From the NCBI GenBank assembly GCA_002070475.1, contig MWDI01000026.1, positions 2,354 to 66,353 on the forward strand: DNA of 64,000 nt, read 5' to 3'. This document shows positions 57,921-64,000 of this stretch, piece by piece; position 1 is the stretch's first letter; each line of letters starts with the position of its first letter. The position numbers and the translations under genes are program-made. The stretch comes from Firmicutes bacterium ADurb.Bin146 (lineage in GTDB: Bacteria > Bacillota > Clostridia > DUPQ01). Below the pieces are notes generated by a model. The model was not told the DNA's origin and did not search any database. It saw only the letters and a program-made list of their open reading frames with translations.

Positions 57921-58370
57921 ATGAATATTACATATGTTAATACGATATCAGCAAATGAAGTAAACTATTTGCGTTCATCAATAGGATTTCGAAAGGTAAA
58001 CTTAGAACAGGTTCAAGCAAGCCTTAATGGTAGTGCATATGTTATTGCTGCATACAACAATGATGAAATCATAGGCATGTCCCGCCTTATATGGGATGGC
58101 GGCTCGGTAGCACTAATACATGATATTATTGTTATACCCCAATATCAGATGCAAGGTATTGAAATAGAGATGCTTAATAGGATTTTTGATTTCCTCAAGA
58201 GCAAATTAAAACCTTGTTTCGGTATTCAAGTGGATATAAGGGCATGGAACAATCAGACTGAATACTTTGAAAGCATTGGTTTTCAAGTATCAACTCCACA
58301 AAAAAGAGGAGTTCCCATGCATATCTGCTTAACGAATCAGATTGAATTAATTGATATTATGTCTGAGTGA
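57921..58370 (+). CDS. GNAT-family N-acetyltransferase
   Basis: 149 aa; ...IIVIPQYQMQGIEIEML...ESIGFQ; the usual Q/RxxGxG/A loop reads QMQGIE. Confidence 0.65.
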   Translation: MNITYVNTISANEVNYLRSSIGFRKVNLEQVQASLNGSAYVIAAYNNDEIIGMSRLIWDGGSVALIHDIIVIPQYQMQGIEIEMLNRIFDFLKSKLKPCFGIQVDIRAWNNQTEYFESIGFQVSTPQKRGVPMHICLTNQIELIDIMSE

Positions 58371-58380
58371 CATATATTTA

Positions 58381-58802
58381 TTAACTAATTACTTGCTTAC
58401 CTTTTAAAACACATGTCCAGCGATGAACATTGTATTTACTAATTTCAGTAGTTGAAAACCCACATTTCCGATAGAAGTCTATAGCATCGTCATCTGTTTC
58501 AGCTTTTATAGTTTTTTTGTGTTCATTCCACAGTTTTGCAATCATTCTACTTCCGATACCTTTACGTTGAGCATGTTCAGCTACAGCTATATTGAGGATC
58601 TCTATGTAGTCTCTGTAAACTACAAATCCGCAAATACCAACAATCTCTTTATCTTCTATCCAGCCGAATAACTGCCATGAAACATATCTATTAAATTCCC
58701 CCGCTTTTCGATCCATTGCTTCTTCAGTTTGATAAAAACACTTTGTGCCATAATTTTACGTACTGCAGAATCGTAAATCCGGTCTTTAATATTACAAAAC
58801 AT
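58381..58802 (-). pseudogene. GNAT-family N-acetyltransferase interrupted by a frameshift in an A5/T5 run
   Basis: ATG 58802 gives MFCNIKDRIYDSAVRKIMAQSVF. After the homopolymer at 58734..58738 the GNAT frame continues as YQTEEAMDRKAGEF...AEHAQRKGIGSRMI...FYRKCGF. One extra T/A restores a ~140-aa protein. Confidence 0.55.
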
Positions 58803-58928
58803 GCTTTTCACCTGCTATATCTCCATGCTTTGTATAATAGTTGCTTTTCTGTTTTTCATTAAGCTGGCCGCCTTTAATTAAATAATGATTTGTTTTAATC
58901 ATCAGTTCATGCGCATGCATTATAATCC

Positions 58929-59636
58929 TCAATTCCCATACTGGTTCTCTACATATGGCAGTATACCCCATGTCACATCATCTTTGTAAATAGTTTTGGA
59001 TTCCAGCTGTTTATAACCGACAGGCACAGTCTTGCACGGATATTCTGAACATTTAGTACAGATATCCACCTCTTTTACCTTTGCGCACTTCTTGGCGTTA
59101 CATAAACCTTCCTGTTTGTTGCAGCTTGGGCATCTCAAGGACCAGTCCGCACCGCTATATATTCTCGAAAGCCGCTCTTCCAGTTCTTTTCTGAATTCGT
59201 CTGATATGCCAGAATAACTGTAATGGATACACAGATCGCATCTGTGGCCGCATTTAGAATAAATGGCGTTTTCTTTTGGTAATGGTTTACGGTTCGGTTT
59301 CTTCTTTATATAAATAAGCTTCTTCATCTCATCAAGTATCTTAAGGTCTGTTATATGGAACATCATCCATTTACCGTCATGGAATGTCTTAGTTGAATCA
59401 TATATGTTTCTTACATTATCTGAAAAAGTATCAGAAATCTTCGCGTATTCCTCTCGTTCTTTCTGACCGAATACGATTAGAAAGTCCAATCTGTCTTCTT
59501 GAATATAAACAGTCAATATCGTCTTCTTCCCATGACGGAATTTAACCTCATTTTTTCCATTCCCTATTTCATCAAGAAGATACTCTCCACGCATAAACTT
59601 TACTGTTTCCTGTATAATATGATTTAATTCTGTCAT
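58929..59636 (-). CDS. Fusion-type hypothetical protein, DUF3788-like N-terminus and Cys-rich DUF3795-like C-terminus
   Basis: Start at MTELNHIIQ (GGGAGG RBS); C-terminal CGHRCDLC...CPSC...C..KC...C.KC.EYPC cluster. Confidence 0.5.
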   Translation of the reverse strand: MTELNHIIQETVKFMRGEYLLDEIGNGKNEVKFRHGKKTILTVYIQEDRLDFLIVFGQKEREEYAKISDTFSDNVRNIYDSTKTFHDGKWMMFHITDLKILDEMKKLIYIKKKPNRKPLPKENAIYSKCGHRCDLCIHYSYSGISDEFRKELEERLSRIYSGADWSLRCPSCNKQEGLCNAKKCAKVKEVDICTKCSEYPCKTVPVGYKQLESKTIYKDDVTWGILPYVENQYGN

Positions 59637-59686
59637 ATGACTTTCCTCCCAAATCAATATATCATGCAGATACTGACATCAGCGTG

Positions 59687-60607
59687 TCATATATCTGTAT
59701 AGAGTTTAGATATTTCCCTGCTTTTTTCACAGATTATTTTACGGATGCTTTCCGGTTTAGCAACTTCCACATTTGTACCGAAACTTAATATATATCCATA
59801 TACCCATTCATCTTCAGGCAGATCCACTGTTAATGTATAGGTTCCGTCCTTATTGTCCTTTATCATGTCATCATTATAATCATCATATATCCTGTATAAG
59901 GCTTCTTCTTTGAACCGCAGGACACAGCTTACTATATTCTTTTTTTCTTGAGCTTCTATAGTATCTTCCCTATCATCTGATACCCTCTCAGAAAACCGGT
60001 CAAATATCTCATCTGTTATCTCGACTTTCTTTATTCTTGATAAACGGAATGACCGGTATTCTGATCTTTTTCTGCACCAGCTGTAAAGATACCATGCTTG
60101 GTACTTGAACTTAAGATGTAATGGCTCTACTGTCCTGACAGATTTAATGTTTTGTGAATTTATGTATTCTATATTTATGACTCTGCTCCCAAGTATAGCC
60201 GCTCTTATATCATTAAACTTGTTATTCACATTAGGATTGGAACCCCATGGAGAGAAATCCATGGATATCCAGTCAGAAGCATTGTTTCTGAATATGCCTT
60301 CAAGTTTTTCCAGAATTAAGTCTACATCAGGGAACTTGGTAGATTTCAGCGATTGTAAAGCAATTAGTATATTATTCTTATCAGTGTCTGAAAGCATGGT
60401 CTTATTCATGGTGTAGTTGTCTAATATAGATATACCGCCATTTACTCCCTGTATGGTATATACAGGTATTCCTGAACAGGACAAATCATCAACATCTCTG
60501 TATATGGTCCTTACTGACACATGAAAACGCTCTGCAAGTTCTTTTGCAGTAACAGTCTTCTTATTCAGTAAGATAGTTGCTATTTCGAGCAGCCGTGTTA
60601 TTTTTAT
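59687..60607 (-). CDS. YafY-family HTH-WYL transcriptional regulator whose expected ATG is ATA
   Basis: Frame is open upstream of the track's GTG. It encodes (I)KITRLLEIATILLNKKTVTAKELAERFHVSVRTIYRDVDD, a complete HTH_11-type N-terminus. No ATG/GTG/TTG exists before the in-frame stop at 60653..60655. GAGG lies 5 nt upstream of ATA 60607..60605. Confidence 0.65.
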   Translation of the reverse strand: MKITRLLEIATILLNKKTVTAKELAERFHVSVRTIYRDVDDLSCSGIPVYTIQGVNGGISILDNYTMNKTMLSDTDKNNILIALQSLKSTKFPDVDLILEKLEGIFRNNASDWISMDFSPWGSNPNVNNKFNDIRAAILGSRVINIEYINSQNIKSVRTVEPLHLKFKYQAWYLYSWCRKRSEYRSFRLSRIKKVEITDEIFDRFSERVSDDREDTIEAQEKKNIVSCVLRFKEEALYRIYDDYNDDMIKDNKDGTYTLTVDLPEDEWVYGYILSFGTNVEVAKPESIRKIICEKSREISKLYTDI

Positions 60608-60856
60608 AATTGCCTCAGTTATATTATTACATAAAAACCTGACAATAGTATGTCAAGTTTAGAAATTGATAATAAAGAAAAAATAATTTGTATACACAAT
60701 GTTTCTGTGCTTATCTGATAACATTACTTTACAGTTTTGTAACTTTAATTATTTTTATATTTTGAAACTAATGTTACAGAATATTGGAGGTTACTAGCTA
60801 ATACAATATAAGATAACCTTGATTAATATGTTATATCTCATTTTTCAGAATAAGCC

Positions 60857-60885
60857 TTGTCTTTTTTGTGAGTATATTATATAAT
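60857..60885 (+). promoter_or_regulatory. Sigma-A-type promoter of the second abiE locus
   Basis: TTGTCT (60857..60862) - 17 nt - TATAAT (60880..60885). Confidence 0.5.
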
Positions 60886-60897
60886 TTGTACTAACAA
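60866..60897. promoter_or_regulatory. Imperfect 9-bp inverted repeat (8/9) bracketing the -10 box of the second abiE promoter
   Basis: TTGTGAGTA (60866..60874) / TACTAACAA (60889..60897). Confidence 0.35.
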
Positions 60898-60921
60898 TAA
60901 GGACTTAGGGGAGTTCATAGG

Positions 60922-61515
60922 ATGAATAGGGATATGATTGAAAAATTATTGAAGGAAAATAATGGGATTATAAAGTCAGAAGAAATTGCGACTCTTGGTA
61001 TGGACAACAAAGTGCTGCAGAGAATGGCATTGAAAGGAGAGCTCGAACGCATCAGTAACGGACTATATCTTGATGCAAATTATATTAAAGACGAATATAT
61101 GTTAGTTCAGTACAGATGCTCAAAATGTGTTTTTTCACATGAAACAGCTCTATACTTCCATGATTTAAGTGACAGAACGCCTTTTCAATTAATGATGACT
61201 ATTCCTTCAGGATTTAATACCAGGCTTCTGAAAGATACTGAAAAATATAAGTTTTTCTACAGTAGAAAGAGTCATTATGAACTTGGCATCACTAATACAG
61301 TAACACCATATGGAAATCAAATTAAACTGTACGACAAAGAAAGAACTATTTGTGACTGCATTAAAAAAATCGATAAACTTGACTCAAATATTGTATTAAC
61401 AGCGATTAAAAGATATATGTCAGAACCTGGTGCTGATTATGCCAAACTATTAAGATATGCAGAAATCTTTAAAGTCAGAGATACTATAAAACAATACATG
61501 GATGTTTTAACATGA
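60922..61515 (+). CDS. AbiEi-family type IV toxin-antitoxin antitoxin
   Basis: 197 aa; ...GELERISNGLYLD..., VFSHETALYFHDLSDR typical AbiEi features; ATGA overlap with the AbiEii gene. Confidence 0.72.
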   Translation: MNRDMIEKLLKENNGIIKSEEIATLGMDNKVLQRMALKGELERISNGLYLDANYIKDEYMLVQYRCSKCVFSHETALYFHDLSDRTPFQLMMTIPSGFNTRLLKDTEKYKFFYSRKSHYELGITNTVTPYGNQIKLYDKERTICDCIKKIDKLDSNIVLTAIKRYMSEPGADYAKLLRYAEIFKVRDTIKQYMDVLT

Positions 61516-62351
61516 GAATAAATAGTACAAAGCAGCTTAAAGACTGGATCAGTAATTACTCAAAACAAAATAGCTTAGAATCAAATACTGTGCTTCAAAC
61601 ATATATGATGGAAAGATTTTTGGAAAGAGTTGCTAAATCAAAATACAAGGATAATTTCATCATTAAGGGTGGATTTTTAATTGTAATTGCTGCTATGGTC
61701 GGTATTGATATGCGGAGTACTATGGATATTGATACAACAATAAAAGGAGTACACACAGATCAATATGAAATTGAAAAAATAGTGAATGAAATATTGCTCG
61801 AGGATGTTGATGACAATATTACTTTCACAATGAAAAGCATCAAATCTATTCACAAGGCTGGTAAATATAATGATTTCAGAATTGGTATTGAAGCACAGTT
61901 TTTAACTATACGAGTAACAATAAAGATTGATATTACTACTGGTGATGTCATCATTCCAAAAGAAATTGATTATTCCTACAAGCTTTTATTTGAAGATAGA
62001 GAAATAATGATAAAAGCATACAACATTTACACAATATTAGCAGAAAAAATTGAATCAATAATTGTAAGGAATGTTTCAAACACGAGATCAAGAGATTTTT
62101 ATGATATATATGTTCTATCCAAGACAGAATCATTCAAAATTAACAAACAAGATTTAAAGGTCGCAGTTTATCGAAAAGCAAAAGAACGAAACACTATCGA
62201 ATATATTGATAATTACTTGAAGTATATAACTGATATTAGTGAAAGCCAAGACATACAAAAGGTCTGGGATTCATATAAAGAGAAGTATAGCTATGCAAGA
62301 AACATTGACCTTAATGACATCTTAGAATACCTTAAAAAAGTACTTCAGTAA
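61512..62351 (+). CDS. AbiEii/AbiGii-family nucleotidyltransferase toxin (intact)
   Basis: 279 aa; ...FIIKGGFLI...MRSTMDIDT..., ...SRDFYDIY motifs typical of the DUF1814/AbiEii family. Confidence 0.75.
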   Translation: MRINSTKQLKDWISNYSKQNSLESNTVLQTYMMERFLERVAKSKYKDNFIIKGGFLIVIAAMVGIDMRSTMDIDTTIKGVHTDQYEIEKIVNEILLEDVDDNITFTMKSIKSIHKAGKYNDFRIGIEAQFLTIRVTIKIDITTGDVIIPKEIDYSYKLLFEDREIMIKAYNIYTILAEKIESIIVRNVSNTRSRDFYDIYVLSKTESFKINKQDLKVAVYRKAKERNTIEYIDNYLKYITDISESQDIQKVWDSYKEKYSYARNIDLNDILEYLKKVLQ

Positions 62352-62532
62352 ATAAAACATGAGCAGTCTTTTCACCAGACTTATCACAATTTATTACAAA
62401 TAACATTAATGTATTTTTTATCTTGCATTCACTAAGTTAGTATGACGAAAATATCAGCTAGATGATATAATAACAGTAAATCATTTATTCGTTGCTGCAA
62501 ATAATCAATTATTTCACTTAGGGGGTTAAATA

Positions 62533-63978
62533 ATGGGAAAATTGAGAGAAAAGGTTTCAAAAGGCGAAATATTCGCATTTGCTTCCGGGGATTTCTTCGG
62601 TGGCGGCTCACAGCTGATTATAAGCTTCTATTACCTCATATTCCTTACTGATATAGTAAAGATAAGGCCGGCTCTTGCCGGCTTTATAATCCTGTTCAGT
62701 AAGATCTGGGATGCCATATCTGATCCTCTTATGGGGCTCATATCAGACAATACAAAGTCTAAATGGGGCAGACGAAAACCATATTTCTTAGTAGGTTTTT
62801 TCGGTATACTTGCATCATACTTTCTATTATGGTTTCCGATTTCCCATAACAACGAGATTGTAAAGTTTCTATATATGCTTTTCGCATATACTCTTTACTC
62901 TACAGTATCTACAATAGTAATGGTGCCGTATTCAGCAATGAGTAGCGAGATAAGCGCTGATTACAAAGAAAGAAATATTATTAATGGAACAAGGCTTATC
63001 TTTTCACAGGTTTCCAGTCTTATATGCGCAGTACTACCTATGGAGATAGTTAAGATGTTTGCAGATGTCAGGACCGGATATATAGCAATGGCTGTGGCTT
63101 TCGGCTGTTTCTTCGCTATCCCGTTCCTTCTAATCTTTCTTACTACAAAAGAAAGGGTCACTGATGTATCGGAAAAACGCAAATTTAATTTGAAGGTATT
63201 TCTGGAGCCTTTCAAGGTCAGGTCTTTTAGGATACTGATAGCTATTTACCTTTTTGCATTTTTAGCCATGGATATCGTATCCACGGTTTTCGCTTACTAT
63301 ATGAACTACTACTTAAAAAGGCCGGGAGAGCTTAACTATGTTCTAGGCGCAATGCTTATAACCCAGGTATTAATGGTACCTGTGGTTGTTAATCTTGCAA
63401 ACAAGATAGGAAAAGCGAAAGTCGTAATGTATTCCATATTCGTGTGGGTAGCGGCAATCATACTTTTATCAGTTTTGCAGCCCACATGGGGCAGCTTCTT
63501 CATATATGTGAATGCCGTAATAATGGGGCTTGGTATTGCAGGCTGTGTCGTAATGCCCTGGCTAATGTTTCCTGATGTAACCGATGTAGGAGAGCTGGCG
63601 TTTGGCAGGCACAATGCAGGGTCGTTCAGCGGGATAATGACATTCATGAGGAAGTTCTCTTCAGCAGTGGGAATTTTCATAGTATCCACGCTGCTTGATG
63701 TAGCCGGATATGTAAAACCTTATGAAGCAGTTATAGACGGAGTGACAAAGGAAGTTTTAGCAGAACAGCCCCAGTCAGTACTTACCACGCTTAAGATAGT
63801 AGTTGTCGTGATTCCTCTAATTCTTTTAACTGTCACATTCTTTGCTGCTACGAGATATCCTTTAAGTCAGATCATTGTTAAGAAAATCAGCGGTTATCTG
63901 GAATTCAAGAAAGGCCAGACAGATGAATCACCGGTAACTGAAGAAGAGCTGGAAGCAATAAAGAAGGAGCTGATATGA
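62533..63978 (+). CDS. Glycoside-pentoside-hexuronide (GPH) family sugar:cation symporter
   Basis: 481 aa, 12 TM; KIWDAISDPLMGLISDNTKSKWGRRKPYFL signature loop of MelB/YicJ-type transporters. Confidence 0.82.
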   Translation: MGKLREKVSKGEIFAFASGDFFGGGSQLIISFYYLIFLTDIVKIRPALAGFIILFSKIWDAISDPLMGLISDNTKSKWGRRKPYFLVGFFGILASYFLLWFPISHNNEIVKFLYMLFAYTLYSTVSTIVMVPYSAMSSEISADYKERNIINGTRLIFSQVSSLICAVLPMEIVKMFADVRTGYIAMAVAFGCFFAIPFLLIFLTTKERVTDVSEKRKFNLKVFLEPFKVRSFRILIAIYLFAFLAMDIVSTVFAYYMNYYLKRPGELNYVLGAMLITQVLMVPVVVNLANKIGKAKVVMYSIFVWVAAIILLSVLQPTWGSFFIYVNAVIMGLGIAGCVVMPWLMFPDVTDVGELAFGRHNAGSFSGIMTFMRKFSSAVGIFIVSTLLDVAGYVKPYEAVIDGVTKEVLAEQPQSVLTTLKIVVVVIPLILLTVTFFAATRYPLSQIIVKKISGYLEFKKGQTDESPVTEEELEAIKKELI

Positions 63979-64000
63979 CCAAACCGGATATGAAGATAAA
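63975..64000 (+). CDS. Start of an unidentified downstream ORF (partial, runs off right edge)
   Basis: ATG 63975 overlaps the GPH stop (ATGA); only MTKPDMKI visible. Confidence 0.25.

Noticed and set aside
58792-58920. 42-aa minus-strand ORF (MHAHELMIKTNHYLIKGGQLNEKQ...) with a GAGGA RBS between the DUF gene and the broken GNAT
   Set aside because: No recognisable family. It overlaps the GNAT start in another frame and could equally be untranslated leader, so it is left uncalled pending ribosome-profiling or conservation data.
60719-60776. TAACATTA / TAATGTTA 8-bp inverted repeat separated by 42 nt in the WYL-abiE intergenic region
   Set aside because: It is AT-only, widely spaced and statistically unremarkable in this composition.
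56391-62351. Calling the TA/defence islet a mobile genetic element
   Set aside because: No integrase, transposase, tRNA target or flanking direct repeats could be found by eye, so only the compositional and functional discontinuity is reported.

Overview
Low-GC Firmicutes/Clostridia-like chromosomal segment (taxon is inference from gene content: SLH anchoring, c-di-GMP enzymes, operon style). 1..9275 is the minus-strand S10-spc ribosomal protein operon, complete from rpsJ to rplO plus the first codons of secY, with a sigma-A-type promoter and a ~210-nt GC-rich leader upstream. No rRNA, tRNA, CRISPR array, transposase or integrase was seen. 9.6-41 kb is an unbroken block of minus-strand genes. 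It holds a PadR/DUF1700/SDR/SDR operon and a sugar cassette (URO-D-like, folate-type ECF S component, TIM-barrel isomerase, MFS, PfkB kinase). Next comes a tightly packed eight-gene envelope operon: VTC, DUF4956, CotH kinase, GH-A-like ectoprotein, HEAT protein, processive GT2, DivIVA-like protein and a sensor EAL phosphodiesterase. After it come a GH29 fucosidase, a glycerol-3-P-dehydrogenase-like FAD trio translationally coupled to a murC-like ligase, and a 1983-aa SLH-anchored Ig-repeat surface protein containing a near-perfect 576-bp tandem duplication. 40-56 kb and 62.5-64 kb form a signal-peptide-less glycan-degradation locus (three GH29, GH51, GH28-like, GH39-like, ADP-ribosylglycohydrolase-family protein, mannitol-DH-family enzyme, GPH symporter) interspersed with uroporphyrinogen-decarboxylase-family paralogues. 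56.4-62.4 kb interrupts it with a toxin-antitoxin/defence islet: one decayed and one intact AbiE pair, two GNATs (one frameshifted), and a YafY/WYL regulator whose ATG is mutated to ATA, followed by a Cys-rich DUF protein. Best candidate for an undescribed system: the 17.7-27.6 kb VTC/DUF4956/CotH + GT2/HEAT/GH-like + c-di-GMP operon. Second candidate: the four URO-D-fold paralogues embedded among glycoside hydrolases. All family assignments come from motif recognition by eye, not database searches.
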